A stretch of DNA of 64,000 nt from the NCBI GenBank assembly GCA_964234715.1, contig OZ174278.1. One strand, written 5' to 3'. Below are positions 22,380-35,335 of the stretch, piece by piece. The position numbers and the translations under genes were made by a program. The notes beneath the pieces were generated by a model. It ran no database searches and was not told where the DNA came from. It was given only the letters and a program-made list of their open reading frames with translations. Numbering within the stretch: position 1 is the stretch's first letter; each line of letters starts with the position of its first letter. The DNA comes from Podarcis melisellensis (taxonomy: Eukaryota).

Positions 22380-23770
22380 TCTGCTTGTGGCTTTTTGCAC
22401 ATTTGGATGCAATGGTCATACACCTCATATCCTGGGGAACTTCACCTCTCCATTCGCAATTAATGGAAATTCGGTCATTCACTGCCCTTGAGATCATAGC
22501 CAAGTCCTTTAGAGATAGTAGACTCAAGGCCTTCAGAATTGGAAGCTTGTCCATGTAAAATCCAGCTTACTAGGAAAGATCAAAGGTCTATGCTGCCCAG
22601 CACATGTCACTTGCAGCATCACTGCCAGCTGCTCAAGAAATATGGGATCTGCTATAAAGATGTGGCAGACCGGTCTCAGTTCAATTTTGAGGTGAGCAAT
22701 CCTAATCAAACAATAACACTCCTTGAGGTGGGCTTGATGTTTGAAAGAATGCAAAAAGAAGCTTTCTCTCCACCCCTCTCCAATTCAGCAGGGTACACAA
22801 AGGGGGAAAGTTTACCTTGGGCATCATGATAGGGTAAGCAGGCAGAGGCTCCAAATGCAGTGTCAAAGAGGCTCTGTGGCAGCCTATTGCCTCTTCCTTC
22901 CACCTAAGAACAAGTAGATACAACTCTCATCAATCCCTGGTGGAAAATCTCTACCCACATGATCCCAGGTGGAAGGACATGCTGCAATGTCAATATACTG
23001 GCAATATTTTGTTCTCATTTCAAATAAGCATTTCTTGTAACACTTCAGGAGCCACCAGCTGCTACCCCATCCTGAACCCCCTGGTAATTTTTTCCTTATG
23101 GGGATCTAGACAGCCTGGCAGGCAGGGATGGAAATAGACTGAGACTCACTCAAGGTGGGCTGTCCTACCCACCCAGGCAAAGAAGTTGAGCAGGAGTGCT
23201 TACCTGTGAATACAGAGGTGGCCACTGAAGGGATGTCAAGGGCAGTCCTCTATCTGAAGGTGTTGTGTGTTAGAATGGCTTTCTTGTACAAGCCCAGTGT
23301 AAATATAAAGGACCTCAAGAAGAGAGAGCAGACACCATGAAGCTGCCATCAATTGTTAGCACCTGGATAAGAGAATGAGTAGAATCAGGTCACCTGGCCA
23401 CAGTCATTTCACCCAGGTGAAGAAAATAAGACTTTGATAAGAGCTGTTGATTTGGAAATGAAGCAGCTCAGATGGGGAGCTTATATAGGAGCTAGAGGCT
23501 TAACCCCTTCCTGGCTTTCAGTCAGGTCCTAATCTGAGATGGTATTTCCCATTAGCTTCCCCTTCCTCACCAGCAGCTAATTAAGCACTTTGATGGTGGT
23601 GGTTCTGCTGTGTCTGCCTGGCTCACCACTTCCTCTGCTCCTGTAGTTATGGGGTTGGCCAGTTAAGAATCCAGCCAGCTGGTGTGGGGACCACTAGTCC
23701 TGGGACAAGTCCACATCTGATGGCTTTCCAGGGTAATGAGATGAACCCTATCAGCAAAAGGAGCTTGAAC
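22380..23770 (-). mobile_element. Old, heavily decayed RTE-clade LINE (5' region, endonuclease and start of RT)
   Basis: Minus-strand ORF 22285-22554 contains WRGEVPQDMRCMTI, matching the RTE motif W..G.VPQD.RDA.I. An IDIAA endonuclease remnant lies near 22980-23000. Confidence 0.6.
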
Positions 23771-26007
23771 AAAGGATGGGAGGGAGTTTTGAGGGAAGAA
23801 TATAAAACTTTTATAAGCAAATTGCAACACACAGAGAGAGCACGCACACACAAACTTTAGGACTTTCATGAAATAATCACCATAAGGTTCTGGGTCACTG
23901 CAGCGGTTTAGGAACTTGCAGTTAATCAGATTTAAAAGAGTACTTGTTAATTGGTTGAAGGCTATATAAATGTAATAATGATGGTAGTGCTGTTAGAGTA
24001 GGCATTCTCTTCCCTTAATGCCAGTCTCTTACAACAATGAGAATGAGAATAAGCCAAAGAAGAAGAAGAGAGGTTATCATACAAACTCAAAGAAGCTTAT
24101 TAAGCAAGGTACTACTCACAAAGGACTAACCGGAGGTACAAATTTATTACATGAAATATTCAAAGACTGAGAGCACTGTGGGCAAATTCCACTTAACTCT
24201 GTAATTTTTACAGGCCAATATTCTTTCTTCAGAATGTTACTTATGTAATAATTCTCCCAGTGCCCCACTAATGATTTTAGAATATTGGTTTTTTAAATTC
24301 TTACTAAGCTATTTGGGTGATTTCCTAAATATTAGTTTGCTAAATTATCTACTTTTATTCTTTTTCTGGGACAGCACAAATGTGGAACCAGAAAATAGGA
24401 TAGCTGTAGTAGTGCAATCCTATACACGACTCCTCAGAATTAAGTGACACTGAATGAGGATTACATTCAGGTAAGTGGTGTTAGGGTCTCCCCCCATCAA
24501 TTCCTTTTATTTATCCTCTCGAAAGGACGTCAGTTGAAGGTGTGGGGAACCTGTGGGCCTCCAGATGGTGTTGGTTTGCAGCTCACATCAGCCTCAGCCA
24601 GGATGGTCATAGGGAAAGGATGATACACGTCACTTTCAACTGCTCTCACATTCCCCTCTGGGCATTTGGGGAATGTTAGATCAGCTTACTGAAGGGAGAT
24701 GTGATACAACAGTGAGGTGGGGGCTGTGTGAGTGGGATGGGACCAATGGATTGGCTTCAGGAATATGCCCTTGCAGCCACAATTTCACCGCTGCCTCATC
24801 CTTCCCCCTCTTGGTGAATGGCAGTGATGCTGCTGCCAGAGGCTATTGCTATGGCACTGGCCCACTGGACATTCTGTTCCTGTGTTAGGTTGATAATTTA
24901 GGAGTGGCTGGATGTTTGCAGAGCATGCTTCGTTCTAAGTGTAGAACCAATGAAATGTGACAAGAATAAATGAAAAGTGAACAGTTTCCAAGACTTTACA
25001 ATCTCAAAAGATTGTCAACAGCAACAGAATAGTAGCACAGTAGGTGCAGAACAAGTTCTGGTTTAGTAAAAACAGCAAGAGCGAGATGTACAAACACCAG
25101 GTTGACTTCTACCCTTGGCTATGCTCCATGGCCCAGTGGTGTGCCAATCACCACAAAGAACTGAACAACCACAGCAAGATGTCTAACGTTCCGGCTTAGG
25201 CAAAGGGACGGATGCTGCGGAGCTTTAATAGTGAGCAATAGCAAACACAACAGGGAAACTGACACTGATGATCTAAACATTGAGGAGACTGCTGGGGTTG
25301 GAGTGAACTGTTGTTCAGTCAAGCTCACAACTTGTGAAGTGGGTGTGAAACAGCAGCACTATTCAAATGCTAGAGAGAAGAGGAGACCTACAACTTGCAG
25401 AAGAAGCATTTGGAAAGAACAGCCTGGGACAAGAATTAAGTCTGGGAAAATGGTGACTATGTACTGCTTCACCCCCACTATAAGGCTGCAAATGGGGTGG
25501 GAAGCTGCATTCAGATTGCGGAGAACTGCAACAAATCCAAATTCTCTGGCTTGAGTATAACACACATCGTCATTGAAAGCACACAGTAGTGATGGACACA
25601 CATGTAAAAAATTGTACAGGTTGTTGTAAAGACCCATTGTATGCAGCCTTGTAATAGTAATTAAATCCTATCTCTGCTGTTCCTGAAACTCGAGCACATA
25701 GTCGAGCTCTTAAGCTCCCTGACTCAATTCATTGCTACAGCTAATGCAAACAGAGTATGTCCTGCCACTCTGCATGGTTCATTGCTAATGAGAAGGAGTT
25801 GCCTAACCTCTTGTAAAATTAGTAGTTACACCAATTTTAATCAAGTCAGGAATTAGCTAGTCTGATTTACATTAACATAAGCATGCAACATGGGTATGCC
25901 ATCCCCAAAACAGCAAGTGGAGCAGCGCCCACAGATTTCATGTTCTCAGTAGTAACCCAACAGCTAGAATAACGTGTTTATTGATTCGATTGATTTGATT
26001 TGCATAC

Positions 26008-26271
26008 TGTTAAGTTGTGGGTGAACATATCAGACGACACAGGGATTCTTCAAATAGCTCTTGTTTATTCACAGGCCAGAACAGAACTGAACTGAAGGGT
26101 TCAGCAGGCCTGCTTATATAGAGCTCCACTAGAACGCAACAGTAACCAATTTCTGTAACTATCCAATCACTGAAGGTCACTTTCAATCCCTTATTTGCAT
26201 GTGTGGACCTGAGTGAAAACTATCTACAGTATCCCCCTGCTGGCCCAGGGTGAGAACTTCAGTACATAACA
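26008..26271 (-). mobile_element. Solo LTR, 264 bp (Copia-like termini)
   Basis: TGTTA...TAACA ends; perfect 5-bp TSD CATAC (26003-26007, 26272-26276); minus-strand TATATAA (26114-26120) upstream of AATAAA (26064-26069). Confidence 0.9.
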
Positions 26272-26276
26272 CATAC

Positions 26277-26420
26277 CAACCTTCATCCAAAGATCACGGG
26301 GCAGTTCACAACAAAAAATACAAAATGAGAACACAAAATAACAAGGCTTAGCCAAAGGCCTAGTTAAAGAAAAACATTTTCATCTGGCAGCTAAAGATAT
26401 GTAATGAAGGTGCCAGGTAT
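26277..26420 (-). mobile_element. L2-type LINE 3' tail fragment hosting the solo LTR
   Basis: tgatttgcatac|caaccttcatccaaagatcacggggcagttcacaac...ctaaagat...gaaggtgccagg resembles the antisense squamate L2 3' end. Confidence 0.5.
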
Positions 26421-26699
26421 GTCTGGCACTTAGGCCATCAGAAACCAGCCCTTGTAGGCATGTATCCTAAAATCAAGGCTTCTTGCTATACACAGTAAAG
26501 CTTTTGCCATTCCTTCCGCCTACAGCCTCAACTCATCTGTGCCCAAGCATTTGGAGTTGGAGGGAACAGGAGGAAGTTCTGGTGTGTACATAGAAGCATT
26601 TATGTCACTACACGACTCTGAGCCTACTTACTTGGGTAGAAGATTGACTGAACATAGTGGAAATACAGCCAAGTAAACATACATAAAATTGGACCATAA

Positions 26700-26917
26700 G
26701 AGCCAGTGTGGTGTAGTGGTTAGGTCACTGGGAGACCAGGACCTAAATCCCTACTTGCCCATAATGCTCACTATTGACCTTGGGCCAGTCATAATCTCTC
26801 AGCCTAACCTACCTGATAGGGTTTGTCGTGGGAGGGAGGGGTCTGAGGAGAGGGAGAGCTATGTATAGCACCTTGGGCTCCTTGGAGGAAAAAGTGGATT
26901 ATAAATGCAACAAATAA
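26700..26917 (+). mobile_element. Old Squam3/MIR-like CORE SINE
   Basis: gagccagtgtggtgtagtggttag...gaccttgggccagtc...ctcagcctaacctacc...ccttgggctccttggaggaaaaagtgg...aaataaa. Confidence 0.8.
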
Positions 26918-27350
26918 AGCAGTAAATAAAGAAGGGGTTTGCTCACATGCCATTGTACATTCATTCATTCATTTATAATATTTATATACTGCTTACTGTC
27001 CAAACAATAAATGGCCAGCCTTTTCTTATTTCTAAGAAGATGGTGCAAGATAAAAGGAAATGTCTTTGCTATGTATTTCATTTCTGCTTATTTTCATCAG
27101 TAACCTCTTAGAAGAAGTCACTCTGTGATTGACTTGGACATTAAAAAGTCTGCCAGAAGACTTGATATACCCTTTGTTAAAAGGGTGGAGCTGTCAAATA
27201 TTCTGCTCGCAGTCTTTCTATTCTGCTACATAGAGACTGAGGTGGTTGAACTGCCAAAGGCTAGACTTTCAGTCCTTGGTCATTCACGATCCACAATTTA
27301 TTTTTTATTGTGTTATAATTTCATCATGTTATGCATCTCATTACAACCAC

Positions 27351-27407
27351 GTTGTAGTTGTTTAGTCGTGTCCGACTCTTCGTGACCCCATGGACCAGAG
27401 CACGCCA
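27351..27407 (-). mobile_element. Bov-B/RTE LINE extreme 3' end
   Basis: gttgtagttgtttagtcgtgtccgactcttcgtgaccccatggaccagagcacgcca is the reverse complement of 1163-1220. Confidence 0.8.
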
Positions 27408-27914
27408 CTAATTACGATCACTAATAACCACCAATAATCAAATGTAGCTACAATACATTGTCCAGTCACTCACAAACAAACAAACAAACATGTAACCAAT
27501 TACATGTTCAGAAAAAGCTTTGATTATTTATTTATTTATTTATCCAACCAACCAACCAACCAACTAGCATTCAATTATATCTTGATATCATTCACACTTC
27601 TCTTGTCACTGACATTAAATCTACTATATATCAGCATCCAAAGGCTTTGCATTAGCAGTGTTCACATTGGACGGTATTTGGCTCAAATTAGTAGCCAAAA
27701 TGACATATTAGACACACAGTCAGTTTTTTGACAATAACTGGCAACTGACATGCTGTACATGTCAACATTCAGCTGTATCTGATAGGCAGTATTCAATTTT
27801 TTTTGACATAACATGACCTTAGGCTTTCAGTTGACAATCCTTATTTGACAATATTTGAAAGCACTTAAAAGTATATGACATGCAGCAGTCAACACCTGAG
27901 TATTCGTGAACTTA

Positions 27915-29387
27915 TTTATTTATTTTAGAAGCATTTATGAACCAAAATCTCTAAGCAGAATACAATATTAAAAACCCAAACAGCATTAATAAAAGAAAAA
28001 ATATAGCCCAAAACCAGTATAAAAGCAGTATAAAAACATGCAAAGCATATAAAACCAACTAAACAGGGTTCAGTCTTATGGGTCTGAGAAAACCTGTGCA
28101 AAAGGGTAAGCTTTTACAAGATGTCTGAAGCAAATCCCGATTGCTGCTTTACATACGACAGAGGAAAGGGAAATAGGTAGTATAGGAATCGCAGCAGAAA
28201 ATCCTCATTTTTGGGTCACCACCCTATCATATTCTGTAGTGTGCAGTGCTACAAGTAGAATTTCCCCAGATGATAAAAGTGAACTTCAGGTATCCTTTTC
28301 CTGAGTTGCTCGGGTCTCTCTTTGTTAACAAGAGCTTGAATATGGCCCAGTAGCTGATCAGTACAGTTACCTTGGCATTTGTGCAGTATGTTTTCATGCA
28401 AATGCTCCGCTCAACATCCTGTCCACAACATTCTGCACCAGCTACAGCTTCGGGACCAATTCCAAGGGAAGCCCCACATAGAATGCATTACCAGTTGTTA
28501 GGTTACCAACACATAAATCACAGGGACTAAGCTATGCCTGTCCAGGAAAGAGTATAGCTGGTATTTCACCCTAAACTGATAATAGACATTCCTTATCACA
28601 GAGGTCACTACAGCATCCAGTGACAAAGATGGATCTAGAAGCATCCCCAAACTATGCACCTGCTCTTCCAGAGAGTGCAACCCTGTTCAGCACCGGTGAA
28701 CTCCCCACCTCCTGGACCTGGGAACCACACTCACAAAGACCCCATCTTATCAGTATTCAGTCTCAGTTTGTTGGTTTCATCCAGCCCACCACTGCATCCA
28801 GGCACTGGTTTAAAGCTGTCACAGGCTCTCCTGAAAGAAAGCTGGAAGTCAGAATACTGATGGCATCATGTCTCAAATCTCCTAATCACCATTCCCAGTA
28901 GCTTAATATACATATTGTACTAGGCAGATTTCAGGATAAGATAATGTCCTGTGGCACCCTACAGCACAACTGTGGACACATAAACCCCCAACTCTATTCT
29001 TCGAACCTAACTCCGTAGGTCAGAGTAGAACCACAGCAACACTTGCTATCAATTCCCAACTCACAGAGATGATCCAAGGAGGATATTATGGTAAATGATA
29101 CTGAAAGTTTCTGAGAGATCAAGCAGGAGCAACAAGGTCACAATCCCCCCATGGCTCCCCCATACTTCATAATGGCAAAGACTGATTCTGCCCCCAAACC
29201 AACCCTGAACCCAGATGAAAATGGGTCATGATGTGTGTCTGCAGCTGGACTGCCATGGTCCTCTCAAGCACCTTACCCACAAAAAGTTATTTGTGACCAG
29301 ACAGTATCTGTCAAGTACCTCAGGGTCCAGAGAGGGCTTCTTTAAAAGTAGCTACACTACAGGCTCCTTTAAGGTGCCAGACACACG

Positions 29388-29390
<3 letters not shown>
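27915..29390 (-). mobile_element. Decayed L2 LINE, RT domain to 3' end
   Basis: ORF 28498-28680 VHSLGMLLDPSLSLDAVVTSVIRNVYYQFR...LVT matches the L2 RT C-terminus. Antisense VPQ (gtcctgtggcacc, ~28946) and LLDLS (gagagatcaagcag, ~29113) motifs are also present. Confidence 0.85.

Positions 29391-29459
<69 letters not shown>
29391..29459. repeat. Compound (CA)n(GA)n microsatellite
   Basis: Directly visible. Confidence 0.97.
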
Positions 29460-29463
<4 letters not shown>

Positions 29464-29465
29464 TT

Positions 29466-29721
29466 AGAAGAAGAAGAGAAGAATTTGGATTTGATATCCC
29501 ACTTTATTACTACCCCAAGGAGTCTCAAAGTGGCTAACAATCTCCTTTTCCCTTCCTCCCTCACAATAAACACTCTATGAGGTGAGTGAGGCTGAGAGAC
29601 TTCAAAGAAGTGTGACTAGCCCAAGGTCACCCAGCAGCTGCATGTGGAGGAGCAGGGAATCAAACCCGGTTCACCAGATTACAAGTCCACTGCTCTTAAC
29701 CACTACACCACACTGGCTCTC
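29466..29721 (-). mobile_element. Younger Squam3-type SINE with (CTT)n tail
   Basis: Reverse complement begins gagagccagtgtggtgtagtggttaagagc, has B box ggtttgattccc and CORE-like gtgaccttgggctagtcac, and ends tcttcttcttct. Confidence 0.88.
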
Positions 29722-30868
29722 TTTGGACTCACCTGGCCTACCCCCTTCAGATAGCTCAAATTAGTCATGATGAACAGGAGAAAGGGGAGCATGTTGTGGG
29801 TCAAAATGATGCAAATTCCTTGTGCATATCCTCAGACCTCATCAGGGAAGATACTGCTCTTGGCTCTATAATAATGGAAGCATTCAACTCAACATGGAGA
29901 GGAACAATTTTATCCTCATAGTGGATTGTCACAGCTGGCCTCTGTGTCAACAGGTGTCCACAGCCCCCTCACTACATGGAAAAGTTCTACTGGCTACTTG
30001 TCTCTTTGCCAAAATTAAATTTTCTAGACACACATTTTTTTAAAAGCCACAAATACCTGCAGTTACCTTATTTGACCTAAAGGTTAACATATTATCAAGG
30101 CTTTGAATCTCATCACAACTGATTTACTTACTAAACAACACCTGGAACCTGGAATGGACAGTTTTCATGAAGCGTTAAGTTCTATTCTGTTTTCTTTCAA
30201 AGTTAAGCAATACCACAAGATGAGATCCAAAATATTTTTTCTAGCATGCCCTGAGGCAAATCTGTGGTCTGAATAAGAGAAATGAATGTTTGCAACCCAG
30301 CAAAATGGAACTATTTCTCTCAGAGAACTGCAGATAAGCGTGACAATAACTGTGAAGAGATAACTGAAGAGCAAAGGGTAGATCCTCTCATCACTTACAG
30401 TCCTTGAGAAACATCAGTCTCACTTAGATGAGCTGTTTAGACAAGTACTATAGTAGGCTAGGGAATAAAACAAAGGAGAAAATATTTTACCCCTAACAAA
30501 AGGAGGCAGGCAATTTAGTACTGTAATAACAAAAGAAACATTTTGCTGTTAAGGGAAGCACAATTATTTTTGATTTGGCTGCACTTCATAAGCTAGATAC
30601 CTAATCTACCGCACAGCTATATCCTGGTTATCATTACTGATATAGAAAGCTTACATTAAAGGACATAATAGAGCTGAACTATGCATTTAACCACAATATT
30701 TCACAGGAAACCGTGATTACTTCCTGGATGATGTTTGATTATACCCCACACCAGTTTAATAAATGAAAATTGTAATCATACCATGAAACTTGGTTCAGGC
30801 CATGCTTACTTGCCTTCCTACTGCACAGTCATGTGCCAAGTTTAAATTATGTAAGGCTTTAGATGCAG

Positions 30869-30980
30869 CAGGGATGGGGAACCTGTGGCCATCCAGATGT
30901 TTTTGAACTTCCAGCCAGAATAGTCAATGGCCAGAGAAAATGAGAGCAACATCTGGAAGGTCCCAGGTTCCCCATCCCTG
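30869..30980. mobile_element. Palindromic hAT-like MITE (best-preserved copy; others ~24540-24615, 40875-40990, 46586-46707, 47985-48112, 53009-53141)
   Basis: TIR CAGGGATGGGGAACCTG...CAGGTTCCCCATCCCTG with inner tccagatgtt/aacatctgga arms. Confidence 0.8.
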
Positions 30981-32163
30981 ATATAAACAGGAGGCACATC
31001 TGTTTGTCCAAGGCAGCACCTCCAAATTCTTGCTCTTTCCCTGTCTCACTGCAGTCTTCACAATTTACCACCCTGAACCATTCAGAGGGACAATCAACCA
31101 CCAGGAACTTTCTCAGGGATACACAGGGGACGGTGTGTGTGTGGAGGAGACAGGAAAGCCCTGTTGCATGAACAGACTTCTGTTCACTCACAAAGGCTTA
31201 TGGGGGTTCAACTGAATCTCTCAATTTTTCTCAGCAGTGGTGCTGGTTGAGAGGGTGGGAGAAGTGGATTACTTGAGAAAGCATTCTACTCTCTTAGGAG
31301 TTAGTGGGTTTGGAAGGTTAGAGAAGACCCTTCTGTTTATGAAGCAGAGGAATGGAATCAGCCCCCCCCCCCCGAGAATGTGATTTTTGGAACTAGCTAA
31401 GGGTCAATGGAGAAAGTTTATCTAACATTAAATTTCAGTTAGAATGAGTTTTTGTATTTTGTGTGTGGTTATTTTAAGATTTATTCTCTCGCAGGATTTT
31501 TAAGAATGCTGCTCTTCAGCCTTAGGAAAATAGAGATAGCAATTCAGACAGAAGAACAACATAGAAGACCCCAATTTGGTCCTCAGCTAACTTTGTGTTT
31601 CTGAAGGCTGTATCATTTAGGTTCTCTTGGTTGGGTGCTATGTGCTCCAAAAACATATGTTTCATATGTTTTGAATTCAGTTGTTCACCAATCCATGTAC
31701 CAGATTACCATGAAGGTGGGATATTTTTCCCTTTGAGAAAGCAACCTGATAACAGAGTTCGTTTTCTTTCCAGACAGACTGTGTACCATGAAACATGGAC
31801 TTTGGCTGCAGTCCTTAGCCCATTTACTTGTGAGTAAGTTCCACTGAATTCAATAGAAATTCTGAGGAGACAAGCTTAGGCTTGCATCGTCAAATGGAAA
31901 TCGGCATTTGTTTTCGTTTGTCATTTTGGTGTGTATATTTATACTGTAAACTGCCCTGTGATCCTTGGATGAAAGGGGATAGAGAAACTGAATAAATAAA
32001 ATACTATGAATATAAATAAATATCCAGTTAGCAATAGGTTTATTTTCTCCATGTGATCCCTCTCATTTTGGGATGATGTGGAGAAAATTTGTCCCTAACC
32101 AATGAAGCATTTGCAGCCATTTCAGGGACTGGGGGAGCTGGGGGGAAAGCCCTACTTTTATTA

Positions 32164-32402
32164 CAGTGGTACCTCTAGTTACAAACTTAATTCGTTCTGG
32201 AGGTCCGTTCTTAACCTGAAACTGTTTTTAACTAGAGGCGTGCTTTCGCTAATGGGGCCTCTTGCTGCCACTGTGCCACTGGCACACGATTTCCGTTCTC
32301 ATCCTGGGGCAAAGTTCTCAACTCAAGGTAACTCTTCCAGGTTAGCGGAGTTTGTAACCTGAAGCATTTGTAACCTGAGGCGTTTAACTCGAGGTACCAC
32401 TG
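32164..32402 (-). mobile_element. Tc1/mariner MITE, copy 2
   Basis: TA|CAGTGGTACCTC...GAGGTACCACTG|TA, opposite orientation to copy 1. Confidence 0.92.
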
Positions 32403-33759
32403 TATTAGAAACATATTGGTTCCAGCGCATTCCTAGCCAGTATTTGCACCTTCTTAGAAAGCTTTTCTTTTAAAACACTTGGAAAACACTGGCCATCTGA
32501 TGATGTTGCTTCCTTGTGGACTGCAATAAGTTTTCTCCCCCTTACGTGGACAAAATTGGAAACTACTCTGCCATATCCCTGTTTAGAGAGCAACCTTTAC
32601 AATGTTTCCAGTCACATAAGCATCTGAAGGAAGATTTCGGTCTTAAGAGGCAATATGGGCTGAGTGAACTCTGCTGGATGTCCTTTTATTTGCCATGACA
32701 CTCACCATCATCAAACTATAGGATCATTTGGCCTGCCTTATTAACTTTTGCGGGAGATGTACAGCTTTGTGCCTTGGTTTTCGAAAGTCAGTGGGGGGAA
32801 AATGCAGACAGATGACTTCATCAGCAGAGCAAGGATTGAAAGACAAAGGGAATTCAATGAGGTGTAAACAAAACAAAGCAGCAGATTGAGCTGGAGGGTG
32901 AGATTGGAAACCGAAACACATTAGTTCCAGCAACAGTTTTCCTAGAGGGTCTTTCCTTTTTTAAAAAAGAAAAAAAATGTAAATCATTTTAATAACCAAA
33001 GAAGATTGTGCATATCTTCAGAAGAACAAGACAAACATGAATCTCAAAGCAAACTGCAATGAAGGCTACCCGAATATGTACTACACTTAAGTACAGTATA
33101 GTGAATTTTACTTGCATGACTAATTTTTAAGAGACTTTACAAACAAGCCTATGCCTGTTAATTGGAATCAGACAGATTCTACTTTGCTAAATGATCAGAA
33201 ATTAAATTGCATGATCCTATTATGCCTTGATAAAATTCTCTCTATCTTATAGAATATAACTTGGAACTTTGCAAAATGCTCTTTATGACCCTTTTGACCC
33301 TACCTCACCCTTAGGCAAACTAATAATAATAAAAAAGATAATTTAGAGATGTGTGCTTACCTCTAAAATCACTATATATGAAGACCACATATAGGACACC
33401 TTTTTTGGATTAACGTGTGCATTCACAGATACATTGACAAATAAATTTGAACTGTGCTGGTATAAGCATTTTTTTTATTGTATTCCTAACCTAGATGGAA
33501 CATGAACTATGCAAGTTAATTGGCACCATTAGAAATATTAGTTGTCAATGGAAGCAAATCACAAGATGTTGAAATCAGTGACATTAACTCCCATTGATTT
33601 TAATATCACTGGTTTACATATAATATTGCCTGTCACTGGGCTGTGTGGTGTATTCAGATCTAACTCTAGATGGGGAAATGAGGCATTTAAAACTTGAATA
33701 ATATCCTTTAAATATTTCAAAAATCATTAGTACCTGATAGGGCCATGGCACTGTTCATC

Positions 33760-33886
33760 AGCATGGGACTCTTAAACTCAGGCTCATGGGTTTGAGCCCC
33801 AACTTGGGCAAAAAATTCCTGCATTGCAGGGGGCTGGACTAGATGACCCTCATGGTCCCTTCAAGCTTTACAATTATATGATTCTA
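33760..33886 (+). mobile_element. tRNA(Lys)-like-headed SINE with CR1-type tail
   Basis: gcatgggactcttaaactcagg...gggtttgagcccc...ggactagatgaccctcatggtcccttc...atgattcta. Confidence 0.8.
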
Positions 33887-34601
33887 TATCCCAGCAAAAC
33901 AGCAAAAGTGTCCTTACACTGATCTTCTCTAAAAAATCGTGCTTAGCAATACTTTGGTACACCACTATACTTGATCCATAGAATGTCACTGCTGTAATTA
34001 TTTAACAGAAAAAAAGTACTGAGAGCTATTGAAATCACAAATGGCATAGCTATGTGATGTGTCATTTGCAATGAAAAATGGGGAAGGGAGTCAAAGTTAG
34101 GACTGGGGAATCAATCAATTTTGGTATCTCTCTGTTCCTCCCCCCCCCCATCTTACGTATTGTTTTCCACATTTCCACCTCAGTTAAATTTTATGAAATA
34201 AAATAGGCTTTTGATTTTTTGAATTGTGTTGTTGCTACTAATTATCTTACTGTTTTGTTTTTGTATACCACTTTGAGGTTTTCAACAATCGAGCAGGATG
34301 TAAATTTTATGAGAGAAATAAAACAACAACAAAAAAGAAATCAGTTTGCATTTAAAAAAAGTTCCTGTGAAAATTCAGAACAGTAGCTCTATTGGTCTCT
34401 TGTATTCCTCCCCCCCCCCCTTATACTTATTTGACAATGACCCTGTAAAACCCAGTGGGAGTAATCCTGACCCCTGATGCTAATGGCTTGGGAAGAAGGC
34501 ATAGGGTGATATTCTTTCTTCTCTTGCCAGTCTCTACAGGGTCCTGAAATGGGATGCTTTGGGCAGAACTGGGAGAGCCAAGGATCTGCTAGATGTTATG
34601 C

Positions 34602-35335
34602 TAGGGTTACCAGACGTCCCCACTTCCTGGGGACAGTCCCTGGATTTGTGAATAAGTCCCCAGACAAATCCCATCCCCTGAATGTCCCCGTATTTTATCT
34701 AATGTCCTCAGGAAACGCAGCAGTGGAAATCTCAGCAGCCCGGAGCAGCTGGCTCTAGGAGCTGCTCGGAAGTCCCCATATGATGGTGGTGCAGGGGCTT
34801 CAAGATGCAGCTTCCACGCTGCCTCCACCCTCCATGACCCCAGCAACTAAGCTGGGAAGGGAGGCTTCATGCTGCCTATTGGAGCAGCCTCCCAACTCCT
34901 TATTGCGTGCAAGCAGGAGCAGGATGGGGATTTCTCAGTTAGCCTCCCTTCCCAGCTGAGGGATCCCCGCCCCCTCCTGATTCCATGCAAATAGGAATAG
35001 GATTGGGGCTGCTCCAATGGGAAGGGAGGCATTGCTCTGCTCAGGCCTCGCTGCTGCTGCCGCTCTCAGTCGTCCTCCTCCTCTGCCTTCCATGCCTGAC
35101 CCACCGCGCACTGTTTCCCCACCACCACTGTAGAACTAACAACTCAGGGGCCACCCAGGCTCATGGAGAAAGGAGATAGAAGCCTTGGAGGAAGGGGAAA
35201 CGTGGTGGTTGAGGTCAAGGTGGTGGCCACCCCTCTGCCACCGCCATCGCTGCAGCATCAACGTCCCGAATGTGTAGTATTTATTTATTTAATTAAAGTC
35301 TCCCCAGATTCATTGAAAAAAATATGGTAACCTTA
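34602..35335. mobile_element. hAT (Blackjack-like TAGGGTTACC TIR) non-autonomous element, GC-rich interior
   Basis: TAGGGTTACCAGA...TATGGTAACCTTA; subterminal GTCCC repeats; 8-bp flanks tgttatgc / tgctatgt (6/8 match). Confidence 0.8.

Noticed and set aside
26231-26248. CTCF-like CCAGCAGGGGG in the solo LTR (minus strand)
   Set aside because: The strongly conserved C after the G run is replaced by A.
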